Below the pieces are notes generated by a model that was given only the letters and a program-made list of their open reading frames with translations, had not been told where the DNA came from and did no database searches. Of a stretch of 64,000 nt of DNA, positions 24,419 through 37,527 are shown piece by piece. The DNA comes from Octopus vulgaris (lineage: Eukaryota), in contig OX597820.1 of assembly GCA_951406725.2 (NCBI GenBank), positions 103,354,001 through 103,418,000 on the forward strand, given 5' to 3'. The position numbers were made by a program, and so were the translations under genes. Each line of letters starts with the position of its first letter. The first letter of the stretch is position 1.

Positions 24419-27400
24419 TATGTTTGACTTTTGCTTTATATTTGTACAAGTTGGCGCCAAGTCTCACCCAGAGACCTCAAGAGACAACAGGGTTGGAAGT
24501 TCATGTTGTTGTTATGCCTAGTTTGCCATATATTTGGGGGGTGGGGATGTTGTACTAATGAATGTCTAAAAAAAAAAGTTTTTTTTTTTTTTTTTTTTAA
24601 ACCGAAAATTATGGTTGTTTTAAACCTTGAGGTTACATAGAGAGTATTTTGCGTAGGATATGAGCAGTTCCCATGAGCACTATCTTTTGAACTTCTGCCA
24701 TTTTTGGGTTTCCTGGTATCTGAGTTAGGTAGCTATCAGCCCCTTTTGCTATCATTCCCAGGGCACCTATGACAACAGGTATTGTTTTAGTCTTCAGCTT
24801 CCACATTTTGCTGATTTCTATTTCAAGATCTTTATATTTGCTCAGTTTTTGGTAGGTCCTGACAGATACGTTTATATCGATTGGGACAGTCATATCAATG
24901 AGGAGGCATGTTCTTTGTTTGAAGTCTTTCAATATGATGTCTGGCCTATTTGCATCTATCTTCCTGTCAGTTTGAATGGTGAAGTTCCAGAGGAGTGAGA
25001 TGTGGTCATTTTCAAGCACTGGGGGTGGTTTGTGTTCCCACCAGTTTTTTTCATGGGGCAAATCCAGGTTTTTACAGATTACCCAGTGAATATATTGTGC
25101 AGCTCTATCGTGCCTGTTGAGATACTCTGTAGGCGCTAGAAGACTGCACTTGGAGACCACATGGTCAATGGTTTCATTTTGTTGCTTGCATACACGACAC
25201 CTTGGACTGCTTCTGATCTTTAATATGTTGGCCTGGTAGTTTCTTGTTGGTAGGCATTGATCTTGAGCTGCTATGATAAACCCCTCTGTTTCAGATTTTA
25301 AGCCAGAGGCCATTAGCCATTGATGGGTCAGGGCTTTGTCGATATCTGCATTATTCGCTCTCTTTGGGTATTTGCCATAGAGAGGTTTTTCTTGCCATTT
25401 ATTATTCAGAATATCTAAGGCCGCAGTTTTGGCACGGGTTTTCATGCGCCTAGCTTTTTCTGTGCTTGTTTCTTGTATGTCTATCTCTAATTCCGAAATT
25501 GGTTGTATTCGGAATTCACTTAGATATTCCTTTGCCTGTTTTGTGACTGAGTATGATGCTTTCTTGTTTTCATGTTTTGAGACAAGTTTTAACATCCAGT
25601 CCTCAGAGTTTTTCAGGTAGGTGTCTAGGCCAATTGTAGCAATCTTCATTGTTATTGCCAGTTGCAAAAGACCACGGCCTCCCTATTTTCTTGGCAGATA
25701 GAGTCGTTCTGTATCTGCCTTAGGGTGGTGCATTCTATGCATTGTCAACAGTTTCCTTATTTTTCTGTCGAGCTGACATATTTCAGTAATTGACCAGTTA
25801 ACAATATTGAAACTGTAAGTCACGACTGGTATAGCTAATGCATTGATTGCTTCGATCCTGTTTCTTGCATTCAGCTCTGTCTTGAGTATTGCTCTCACTC
25901 TTCGATAGCATTCTCTCCTGATCCTTTCCTTCATCTCTGAATGCCTTATTCCGTTCCCTTCAATTACCCCTAGGTACTTGTAGCTCTCCGCTGGGTCTAG
26001 TTCTTTTATGACATTCTGTTGGTCAAGGTTAACGTTAGATGTTTCTATCATTTTTCCTTTGATAAAGGTAGCCTTTGCACATTTATCGAGGCCGAATTGC
26101 ATTCTGATGTCGTCACTGAATTGTTTGACTATCGCTAGTAAGCCCTTGAGTTGTTGATCATTTTTTGCAAAAAGCTTTAAATCATCCATATAAACGAGAT
26201 GATTTATATTTTTATCAAACATTTTATACCCGTACTGCGCGTCATTGAGCAGCTTTGAGAGAGGTATTAAGGATAAACAAAAGAGGAGTGGTGACAGTGA
26301 GTCACCCTGGAAAATGCCACACGAAATTTTTACATCACCAGCATTTAGGGATTCACTGTCACTGTTCAGAGTTAGTGTGGTTCTCCATGATCTCATACTT
26401 ACAGTCAAGAAGTTTCGCAGAGTTGGTGCTATCTTATACATTTCAAGGCATTTCCTAATCCAGCTATGTGGTAGGCTATCAAAAGCCTTTTTATAGTCTA
26501 TCCAGGCTATTGATAAGTTTTTGTGTCGTTTGTGACAATCTTCTAAGATCATCTTATTGATGAGTAGTTGGTCTTTACAGCCGTAGGATCCACGTTTACA
26601 TCCTTTCTGTTCATTAGGGAATATGCTGCTGTCTGTTAAAAAACTATAGGTATATTCCGTCAGGACAGATGTTAGTGTTTTGTACATAGTTGTTAAGCAG
26701 GTTATGGGTCTATAGTTTTTTGGTTCATTTGTTTCTTCACTTTATGGAAGCAGGAATGTTAACCCATTAACTAGCAAAGGAGGCATCCTACTACGGTGTT
26801 GCAAAACATCATTGTACAGTTCTGTTAGCAGTTCATGGCTCTCTGGGAAGGCATTCAGCCAGAAGTTAGGAATTTTATCCTTTCCTGGAGACTTCCATTT
26901 GCTTGACCTCCTGAGAGCAGATCTTATATCTTCTACCTTGACACCCTCCCACTTTTGCTCTTCTAAGGGGTCCAGTTCTGTAGATATTCTGTCAATCCAG
27001 GGGGCCTTTTCGTTGTGTGTTTTTTCTTCTGCCCAGATTTTATTCCAAAATCTCTGCACTTCTTCTTTTGATGGTACAGACCCTGCAGTAAACGCTGTTT
27101 TTCCTATCTTCCTGTAAAAATTCTTGGTGTTATTTTTGAACATGTTGTTGTCCTTGAAAAATCTAACACGCTTTTCATACCTCGCTATGCGGGCAGCTTT
27201 GGCAGATACCTTTTGTTTGATGGTTTCTATGGTGGCATCAATATCAAGTATAGTTTTCATATTGTATTTTTTCAGTAATTTTTGGGTTTTTGTAGGTTTG
27301 GTAGTCTTGTGAGCCTTAAGGTTTTTCAAATATTCAATGTCAGATCTAAATACTTTAATTTGTTGTTGCAGACGCTCTTGCCAAGAAGGTTTTTTGTGGG

Positions 27401-27679
27401 ACTGTTGCCGTTTTCTAATCTTTACACCACATAGGATCGTTGAGATTTTCGCGGATGCATAGTATAGGTGGTTGAGGTTTGTGATATCAACATCATTAAC
27501 TGAAATTATATCCTTAAGTGCAAGCCGGATTTTACCAATTATTTTCATGTTTTGGTTAGAGTTGCGGATTTTAGGAAGTGTATCACGCTCATCCATGCTG
27601 GTTTCTTTAATTTTCAGCCATTCAATCATGATTTGATTTTTCAGCTCATGTAGTTCTGTTGGGTCAATATTTGTGTGAC

Positions 27680-27681
<2 letters not shown>
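24418..27681 (-). mobile_element. R4/Dong LINE copy B, 3.26 kb, 5'-truncated
   Basis: RT motifs KSPGKDKI, NYRPITC, WIDYKKAFDS, GIFQGDSLSPLLF and YMDDLKL; CCHC finger CRVC...H...C; endonuclease RHD...RPD...D...K..KY; bounded by (TTA)n. Confidence 0.95.
24633..27629 (-). pseudogene. Reverse transcriptase / restriction-like endonuclease polyprotein, single frame with two premature stops
   Basis: The three track ORFs are in one frame, joined as LLP*SEETNEPKNYRP (TAA at 26742-26744) and LPRK*GGRGL (TAG at 25683-25685). Confidence 0.92.
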
Positions 27682-27733
<52 letters not shown>

Positions 27734-27752
27734 CATTATTATTATTATTATC

Positions 27753-27788
<36 letters not shown>

Positions 27789-27890
27789 CAGTAGTTTTAT
27801 TTTTATTTTTATAGCGTGCTTTCACTTCACTACCGAGCGCAGCTCTGTGTGCCTTGGGTATGTGCTGTGATTTGTTGTGATGCTCTGATA

Positions 27891-27892
<2 letters not shown>
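27789..27892 (-). mobile_element. ~100-bp 3'-UTR-only copy of Dong family C
   Basis: Near-identical to 28015-28115; (TTA)n on both sides. Confidence 0.85.
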
Positions 27893-27956
<64 letters not shown>

Positions 27957-27975
27957 CATTATTATTATTATTATC

Positions 27976-28013
<38 letters not shown>

Positions 28014-28014
28014 T

Positions 28015-29248
28015 CAGTAGTTTTATTTTTATTTTTATAGCGTGCTTTCACTTCACTACCGAGCGCAGCTCTGTGTACCTTGGGTATGTGCTGTGATTTG
28101 TTGTGATGCTCTGATGGTTATTGTATGGAAAGTGTTCTGCGTAGGATGTGTGCAGTGCCTAGTAGTGCAATTTTCTGTATGTTATATGTGTTTGTAAGTC
28201 CTGGTGTTTTTGTTATGTATTTGTCTGAATATTTTTTTATCATGCCTAATGCACCTACTATGATAGGAATTGTTTCTGTTTTCAGATTCCACATTCTAGT
28301 TACCTCTATTTCCAGGTCTTTGTATTTTGAGAGTTTCTCCATTTCTTTTAGAGACACGTTGTCATCTGCCGGTACTGATACATCAATTAGAAAGCATTTT
28401 TTTTTCTTCATGGTCTCTGACAACTATATCTGGTCTGTTGGCCTTAATTTCTCTATCTGTGTGTATCGGCATATCCCAGAGTATGGTTGCTTTCTCGTTT
28501 TCTGTGACCTTTTCTGGTGTGTGCCTATACCATCTTTTTTCTGTTGTTATTCCATAATGTTGGCATAGCTTCCAATGTATGTAAGTTCCAACTCTGTCAT
28601 GTCTGTGAATATATTCCTTCTTAGCCAGGACTGGGCAGCTAGAGATAATATGATTTATTGTTTCTTGTCCATCTCCACATATTCTGCAGTTACTTGTAAT
28701 ATTTCTTTTCATTACATGTTTTTGGTAATTTCTGGTGGGGAGGCTTTGGTCTTGTGCTGCAATTAAAAATCCCTCTGTTTCTGCTTTGAGTCCTGAGCTT
28801 CTCAACCATTGCTGGGATTTTTCTTTGTCTATTTCTTTTGCGTTTAGTTTAGTCCAGTATTTACCATGAAGGGGCTTTTCTTGCCATCGTTTTATCATGG
28901 TTCGTTGCTGTTCTATTTTTAGTTTGGATTTCATTTTTTTTATAGCTTTTGTTGTTTCTTCATCTTCTTCTTCTTCTTCTTCATGTTTATTAGGTGGTAT
29001 GATTTCTTGTTTGTATTTGTCAGCTTCCTTAAATACTGAGAACAGTTTTTTGTTTTGCTCGTGTTTTGCCGCTATCTGGATCAGTTTTCCTTCCTTCTGA
29101 AGTAGATATTTTTGCAGTCCTATGGTGGTTATTTTATAGTAGTTTTCCAGCTGTATAAGGCCTCTACCACCTTCTATACGTTGTATATATAGTCTTTCTA
29201 TGTCAGATTTTGGGTGGTGCATCCTAGATCCTGTCATTATTTTTCTTC

Positions 29249-29250
<2 letters not shown>
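28015..29250 (-). mobile_element. R4/Dong LINE copy C, 5'-truncated, one frameshift in a poly-A run (~28400)
   Basis: MHHPKSDIERLY...GGRGL...AAQDQSLPTRNY...CRICGDGQETINHIISSC...RHD...RPDIVV, continuing in another frame as CFLIDVSVP...KLSKYKDL. Confidence 0.92.
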
Positions 29251-29320
<70 letters not shown>

Positions 29321-31489
29321 TTGTTACGAACATCAATCTCATCCATTTTTGCCACGAACTTTACAACCATTTCTGTCACGCACATCACACCAGGTAAATG
29401 AGAATTGCGACCACATTCATTATTGTTTGGCAAACTCATTAACATTTTTCGAAATTTCCTGGTCATTGTAAATAAGCATAAACACCAGGAGGCTTTTTAT
29501 ACTGCTCAGGAGAAATCCAGAGGAATTAGCAGCTAATATTTTCAGGTGAAAAAAAAAATAATCATGTCACGTACGTCACAGTTTTAGAATCCTTCCCAAA
29601 AGATTTCGACATACATTCCCAGGTAAAAAAAATTTTTTTTGTTTAATACTTGTCTGGTTAGTCAAACTTTACTGTGGAAATGAATCAATACAATTCTTGT
29701 AAATATTCAGGATTTACAGCTGATATATATTGTCTTAATTTGTGTCATTATTACATACGTCACGAGAGAATAACTCCGATGTATATGATAAAATATCTTG
29801 CTGAATTATGACTTCTATCTGAATAAAGAGGAATGTGACAAAGCCATGTCATAGGAATTGTTTTAATTAAAAAATAAAATAGAATGAAATATTTCAATGA
29901 TGTGTTAAAACACATCGGCATGTCAAAACATTGCAAGAAATAACAGTCAAAACATTAAAATATACACGAATGAAGTTACTATTAAAACATTCGCAAGCAA
30001 ATTTAATATATTTAAAAGCTACGAACAAACAAACCAACAGGAGTTGCTAGAAATAACAGTCAAAATATTGTTTAAAACAGAATTTATTAGTAAATAAAGA
30101 ATTCAGCACCCCACTTCCATTGCACACACACACACATTCACACACACATACACACACACACACTCACACAAACATTCCTATACCTCCCTTTTACATACAC
30201 ACACATACTCACACAATTGAAATGCTCCCACCACCAGTTTGCCATCACCCCTTCCTTCCCTATTCATCTATCACCCCTTCCTTTCTCATTCATATATCGT
30301 GACGGAGAGAAACACAAGAATATAATTATAGTAGATTATCTTTCTCGTATCTCCTTATCCTCCATGGACGCATGCGCAGCATCTTTGGTTACTATGGAAA
30401 CATAGTTTTTCGCCACAGGTGTGTGTAAAATACTCGCTTCTGATTGACTAAAATACCCAGATTTTGCAAGTTTTAAAGGCTAATAACATATTAATTATGG
30501 ATTTATAGAAAAAATGAATTTCATTTTCCTAATTAGTATACAAAACTTAATCCATAACCAAATTTGAAAGCAAAACGAAATTGTAAGTAATGACGAAAAC
30601 CATAAAGATCCTTGAGAAGTTGTATAATGAAAACTCTTCCAATTATGACCATCACGTCCTTTTTTTTTATTTTAAGTTAATATATCCGGTGTATATCGTT
30701 TTTAAAGATGCTGCTCTGACTATTTGTAACAGTTCGAACGACCGCATGTAGGTTTCAGCGTTGGTTCATAACTGACGTAATAATGACATATATATAGCAA
30801 AAAAGAATAAAATATTATACTGGCATTAGTACAGAGGAATATGGTGGACAGCGGCTCGATAAAAGCAGTGATGTGAAATCGATGGCTATAATAAATGTTT
30901 CTGATATAGGTACAAAACCTGAAACTTGGAGATAAGTTAATTGAAGAGGCCGCAGTTGCTGCCTAGTACCTCATTTCACTGATTCCGGAAAGAAAAAATA
31001 AGAAAATGAAAACTTGAACCTCGGCGGATTTTGAACTCATAGCGTAAAGAGCTGGTGAAAATACTAAAAGGCCTTTTGTCTGACGTGCTAACGATTCAGC
31101 CGATCCAACGAAGGACAGTTATAGAAACAAAACGAAATAATGTTTCATGAGACAAAACAACGGATGTAATAAAGCTAGTGACGTGATAAAGCCACTGCTG
31201 CTTCTGTTGTTTTTGTTGTTGTTGCTGTTCTTTAAGTCAACTTTGACCGAATAGAGTTAAGGCCAAAGGCGTTTTAACAGCTTTTCCTCGGCTTTCATGT
31301 AAAAGTATCAATATATTGCTTAATGAGCATAAAACTGCCTACCCGATCCTGTTTGCGTGTTTATTCTGATATCATAAGGACTGGGCAGACAAATGATGTG
31401 TCCTGTTATCTCATTCAGTTGATTATAAAACCTGCACATGATGTTAACTTTTTTTTTCATTGTTTTATTCTGATACCCACGTGCACGCG

Positions 31490-31526
<37 letters not shown>

Positions 31527-31647
31527 CCTTTCGTGGTCGACAAAATAAGGACCAATTGAACACTGGGATCGATATAATCGACTTAATCTCCTCCCTCAAC
31601 CTGCCCTTAACCCAAAAATTATTATTATTATTATTATTATTATTAAA

Positions 31648-32258
31648 GGACGGCGAGGTGGCAAAATGCTTAGAGGTATTGCGTTCTGCTTAGAGGTATG
31701 CAAAATGCTTAGAGGTATGTACGTTCTGAGTTCAAATTCCCCCGAGGTCGACTTTGCCTTTCATCCCTTCGGGGTCGATAAATCAAGTATCAGTGAAACA
31801 CTGGGGTCGATGTAATCGACTCATCCTCTCCACCAAAATTTCAGGCCTTGTGCCTTTAGTAGAAAGGATTATTAAGGCGACGAGCTAGCAGAATCGTTTG
31901 CACACTGAACGAAATGCTTAGTGGTATTTCGCTCGTCGCTTTGTTCTGGGTCCGAATTCCGCTGAGGTCGACTTTGCCTTTCATCCTTTCGGGGTCGATA
32001 AAATAAGTACCAGTAAAACACTGCGGTCGATGTAATCGACTAATCCCTTCCCGCTAAATTCAAGCCCTGTGCCTTTATAAAATTATTTTTATTAAGGCGG
32101 TGGGCTGGCAGAGTCGTTAGCACGCCGGGAAAAATGCTTAGCGGCATTTCGTCAGTCTCTACGTTCTTAGTTCAAATTCCGCCGGAGTCGACTTTGCCGT
32201 TCATCCTTTCGGGGTCGATGAAATAAGTTCCAATTGAGCACTGAGGTCGATATAATCA
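31648..32258 (+). mobile_element. Three tandem SINE family B copies
   Basis: Heads at ~31648, ~31875 and ~32095, each with gtcgactttgcc.ttcatcc.ttcggggtcgat. Confidence 0.85.
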
Positions 32259-32288
32259 AATTTCAGGCCTTTTGGCCATAATGGAAAG

Positions 32289-32385
32289 GTGCACCATTAT
32301 CAGAGGGGAAATCATGATGGGTGTATTGGGCTCCGTATATTTGTACCCGAGTGTCACTTTGATGGCATGCACTGCTCTCTCACTC

Positions 32386-32386
<1 letters not shown>
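32289..32386 (+). mobile_element. 3' end of the (TAA)n-associated non-coding element, followed by (AAT/AAC)n to ~32605
   Basis: Homologous to the reverse complement of 22909-23003. Confidence 0.75.
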
Positions 32387-32425
<39 letters not shown>

Positions 32426-32433
32426 TCAACAAC

Positions 32434-32465
<32 letters not shown>

Positions 32466-32481
32466 CAACAACAACAACAAT

Positions 32482-32519
<38 letters not shown>

Positions 32520-32562
32520 CAACAATAATAATGACAACAATAATAATAATAATAATAATAAC

Positions 32563-32606
<44 letters not shown>

Positions 32607-32735
32607 CAAAAACGATGATTTCATTTATTTGCCACCAGGGTGAAAAATGACAATATAAAGACAGGCATAAAGTGTAGGTATTTACATATAATGAAGATTA
32701 AAAATATATAATGAAGATTAAAAACCTACAATGTA

Positions 32736-33152
32736 GGCGCAGGAGTGGCTGTGTGGTAAGTAGCTTGCTTACCAACCACATGGTTCCGGGTTCAGTCCCA
32801 CTGCGTGGCATCTTGGGCAAGTGTCTTCTGCTATAGCCTCGGGCCGACCAATGCCTTGTGAGTGGATTTGGTAGACGAAAACTGAAAGAAGCCTGTCGTA
32901 TATATGTATATATATATGTATGTGTGTATATGTTTGTGTGTCTGTGTTTGTCCCCCCAACATCGCTTGACAACCGATGCTGGTGTGTTTACGTCCCCGTC
33001 ACTTAGCGGTTCGGCAAAAGAGACCGATAGAATAAGTACTGGGCTTACAAAGAATAAATCCCGGGGTCGATTTGCTCGACTTAGTCGAGCAGTGCTCCAG
33101 CATGGCCGCAGTCAAATGACTGAAACAAGTAAAAGAGTAAAAGAGAGAGTAG
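32736..33152 (+). mobile_element. SINE family A, young full-length copy
   Basis: Near-identical to 15037. Confidence 0.92.
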
Positions 33153-33980
33153 TCTAGCCTACGCTTTACCGATTCTGCCTCATCACCATCCGTGCAAAGA
33201 AATTATCATTTGTAGCTGTAACGTGCTTATCAGAAAAAGAAACAAGCAGGAAAGAAAAAGAGTTTCATCACTTACATATTGGAACAAATATTAGTAAGTT
33301 GAGCGTGGAAGAAGTTAAAAGAGATGGGAAGGGTAGCATACAGATGGGTGGGTCTGAATGAGGTCGAAACTAGAACCTCATTTTTCTTTGCATGGGTGTA
33401 AAATACTCGCAGGGAACGACTGGTTAAAAAGAAAAAAAAGATACAGCAAGCACTTACGTTTCTCAAAGTAGCTTGAGGGAAAATAAACGACTGTGAGAAA
33501 GAAATGAGGTGTGAAGACTAAATGGGCCGGATAGGCTAGTTAATACGCTAGTGAATAAGGTGAAGAAATTCAAGATATCGAATGCATCTTGAAGCCGCAG
33601 CAGTATTGGCTCAAGATAGAAAACCTATCAACTGGACCAAATAAATATTTTCAAAACGCAAGAGTCAATTTTTTAAGATGACCCCAGAACGTACATTGAA
33701 TTAATTTGATTTCTACTGTAGTAGATTATATAGCAGTTTACTAACCAACCTTCAAAAAATCCCTAAAAGTGAAAATATAACAGAGAAAACTGAGAAAACT
33801 CTGTCGTAGGACGTGATGAATGCAATGAGAAATTGTGTCTATTTGGAGTTATTTATTAATTAACAAAATGCTTAAGGCATGTCTGAGATTCAGAACTATT
33901 TCTTCAATATCTAACTGCTGATTAGAACATAAAATGAAATTTTAATTTGAATCAGTTTAAAACAGGGAATTTGTTTTATA

Positions 33981-35800
33981 CCAGTGCCAGGTATCCAGAT
34001 CATCCGAGATCCCGGCCTTGGCGAAAACTCAAGCTTTTCTTTCGTTTAAATTTACTTTAGCGGTCTTTTGTACATGCGTGCGCATTCTTGAGCGCCTCAA
34101 CCACAGCATGATAACAACATGTCTGAGACTGCTTTGGATCTATAATACAAATTCCCTGTTTTAAACTGATTCAAAGCAAAATTTCATTTTAGGTTCTAAT
34201 CAGCAGTTAAATATTAAAGAAATAGTTCTGAATTTTTCGTGATTTTTCAAAATTAATTGAAATAAATGCAGTATGTTTCATCAGGATTATGGTAACAAAA
34301 GCTATTTTAAGGATATATTGATTGTTGAATTTTCTGATTTAATAACGAAATGTTTGAGGTTGAAAGACAAGTATAATAGGTATGATATAATAAAAGTTTA
34401 AAAAATCCAGTGCCAGGTATCCAGATCATCCGAGATCCTTGGCGAAAACTCAAGCTTTTCTTTCGTTTAAATTTACTTTAGCGGTCTTTTGTACATGCGT
34501 GCGCATTCTTGAGCGCCTCAACCACAGCATGATAACAACATGTCTGAGACTGCTTTGGATCTATAATACAAATTCCCTGTTTTAAACTGATTCAAAGCAA
34601 AATTTCATTTTAGGTTCTAATCAGCAGTTAAATATTAAAGAAATAGTTCTGAATTTTTCGTGATTTTTCAAAATTAATTGAAATAAATGCAGTATGTTTC
34701 ATCAGGATTATGGTAACAAAAGCTATTTTAAGGATATATTGATTGTTGAATTTTCTGATTTAATAACGAAATGTTTGAGGTTGAAAGACAAGTATAATAG
34801 GTATGATATAATAAAAGTTTAAAAAATCCAGTGCCAGGTATCCAGATCATCCGAGATCCTTGGCGAAAACTCAAGCTTTTCTTTCGTTTAAATTTACTTT
34901 AGCGGTCTTTTGTACATGCGTGCGCATTCTTGAGCGCCTCAACCACAGCATGATAACAACATGTCTGAGACTGCTTTGGATCTATAATACAAATTCCCTG
35001 TTTTAAACTGATTCAAAGCAAAATTTCATTTTAGGTTCTAATCAGCAGTTAAATATTAAAGAAATAGTTCTGAATTTTTCGTGATTTTTCAAAATTAATT
35101 GAAATAAATGCAGTATGTTTCATCAGGATTATGGTAACAAAAGCTATTTTAAGGATATATTGATTGTTGAATTTTCTGATTTAATAACGAAATGTTTGAG
35201 GTTGAAAGACAAGTATAATAGGTATGATATAATAAAAGTTTAAAAAATCCAGTGCCAGGTATCCAGATCATCCGAGATCCTTGGCGAAAACTCAAGCTTT
35301 TCTTTCGTTTAAATTTACTTTAGCGGTCTTTTGTACATGCGTGCGCATTCTTGAGCGCCTCAACCACAGCATGATAACAACATGTCTGAGACTGCTTTGG
35401 ATCTATAATACAAATTCCTGTTTTAAACTGATTCAAAGCAAAATTTCATTTTAGGTTCTAATCAGCAGTTAAATATTAAAGAAATAGTTCTGAATTTTTC
35501 GTGATTTTTCAAAATTAATTGAAATAAATGCAGTATGTTTCATCAGGATTATGGTAACAAAAGCTATTTTAAGGATATATTGATTGTTGAATTTTCTGAT
35601 TTAATAACGAAATGTTTGAGGTTGAAAGACAAGTATAATAGGTATGATATAATAAAAGTTTAAAAAATCCAGTGCCAGGTATCCAGATCATCCGAGATCC
35701 TTGGCGAAAACTCAAGCTTTTCTTTCGTTTAAATTTACTTTAGCGGTCTTTTGTACATGCGTGCGCATTCTTGAGCGCCTCAACCACAGCATGATAACAA
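33981..35800. repeat. Tandem array, 421-bp unit, about 4.3 near-identical copies
   Basis: Unit starts (ccagtgccaggtatccagatcatccgag) at 33981, 34407, 34828, 35249 and 35669. Confidence 0.97.
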
Positions 35801-35916
35801 GCGACAACGTGGTCGTCTTTGTTAAACGAGTTAGCAAACTACGACAACTTACATAAATTTGAGCTTTACTCTTCACATTTACCCCATATAGCATGCATAT
35901 TTAGAAGCTCATCATA

Positions 35917-36040
35917 TTGGCTCCTAAAATAGATAAACTTCGTCGTAGCAAAAGGAATATCACGTTGAAATTGACATACAAGCTTGAAATAATTAAGAAG
36001 CTAGAAGGTGGTGAGAGAAATTGTTTTTTAATGAAACCAC
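35917..36040 (+). mobile_element. pogo/Tigger transposase N-terminal (CENP-B-like HTH) fragment
   Basis: Hand translation LAPKIDKLRRSKRNITLKLTYKLEIIKKLEGGERN resembles KR..ITL..KLEII...E.GE. Confidence 0.6.
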
Positions 36041-36084
36041 ACGAAATCTGAAAATCTATAATCTACGTTATATACATATATGAT

Positions 36085-36275
36085 TCGCCATGATAGATCG
36101 CTAGCCACTACACATTCTTTATTTTCTCTCCTTGTTTCTTTCTGTGTTCCTTTTTGTGGAGGCTCGAAGCTTTAAAAACTTTTTCACTTCCCGGGTGTTA
36201 AACTAATACATCTGTTTGTTGTCTACACCACCTGTCTTCGTCTTTTTTTTTTTTGTTTTTTTTTTTGTGAATTCT

Positions 36276-36278
<3 letters not shown>
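36085..36278 (+). mobile_element. Probable PLE-type terminal fragment ending in (TA)n
   Basis: Pyrimidine-rich terminus abutting (TA)n, like the other PLE ends here; no intact HHR core. Confidence 0.3.
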
Positions 36279-36336
<58 letters not shown>

Positions 36337-36404
36337 GTGTGTGTGTGTGTGTGTATGTGTGTGTGTGTGTGTATGTATATATATATATATATGTATATAT
36401 ATAT

Positions 36405-36954
36405 GTCAGGTCACTTTCGAGTGCTACTGGTAACATGTAATCCAGTACAACCTGTTGCATGGTCGGGTCGTCGGGGACTAAACCGGCAACTCCACCAAGC
36501 TTGCTTGGTGAGGAGGGTGTTTATTGGACACCCTGAGGGATGAAAAACAAAACCCGTCAAAGGGCGGAGGAGCTCTTGAGAATCAACGGCCATCCAATAA
36601 ATGTCTTAAGGCTGTCTCATGCGCGGGGACATAGAAATAATCGGACTGAATACCCGATTGCGCGGTTAAACCATTGGGAGTGAAGGACTCCTAGCCTTTG
36701 TTAGGGCATCCTTCTAGGAGAAGGTAATTCAGGTAACTGGGATAACTCCGACATAAAACCTGCGGCTCAGTGGTTACCGATGATGTTGACTTGTTCTTCT
36801 TTTCGGATTATGGCTGCTGTTGCTTAGTGAGTGAGATTGACACAGTGCACAGCCTTTCCTCACTTTAAAAAAATCTCCTGGCACAGGCATTGCACGATAA
36901 CAACATTGATTAAGCTTGGTGCAATGGTCATACTCGATAACGAGGGGGCAGCCA

Positions 36955-36957
<3 letters not shown>
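36405..36957 (+). mobile_element. ~550-bp non-coding element between (TA)n tracts; RTE-derived non-autonomous candidate
   Basis: GC-richer island with sharp (TA)n borders. ggcatccttctaggagaaggtaattc...aaacc resembles the motif in RTE 5' UTRs (GGCAACCAGTCTAGGAGAAGGAAAACTC, recalled from memory). Confidence 0.55.
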
Positions 36958-36992
<35 letters not shown>

Positions 36993-37231
36993 GGTCTGAT
37001 CGATTTTGCTTTTTATTGTTCTAAATATTTTTGTTCGTCTTATATTCCCTTGCAAGTACTTACACTCTCATTCTCGTTGATAATGGTGTACTCTCCAGAG
37101 TTATGAGGTTTTGTTAATGTAAAATCTTTTCGTATTTGATTCAAAAAGCGTGTTAACCAGGAAGAAGCACTGAGAAATTTTCTTTAAGTATTGACTTTTT
37201 CCTGTTTTCCTGTTGTATATATATATATATA

Positions 37232-37470
37232 TAAACTTACTTGGAGAACACGCATCGAGTCGAACCAGAGGCAGCTGATGAAGGGCAATTTCCTTGTATT
37301 GTTTGTCCTGTACTCTGTTTTTTCGTTGTTAGAAAAAGTTCGTTTCCTTGTTTTATTTTATGTTTTCGTTTCTCGTTGTGTTCTACGTTTATGCATGTAT
37401 ATATACATATAGATGTAAGTATGTACATATATGTATGTATATATGCATATGTTTTATTTATTTATTATAT
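37232..37470 (+). mobile_element. Terminal-repeat relic of the 9221-10135 family
   Basis: Reverse-complement homology to 9255-9500; contains CTGATGA at ~37275. Confidence 0.5.

Positions 37471-37527
<57 letters not shown>

Noticed and set aside
33981-35800. CRISPR-like array
   Set aside because: The whole unit repeats with no unique spacers; eukaryotic context and no cas genes.
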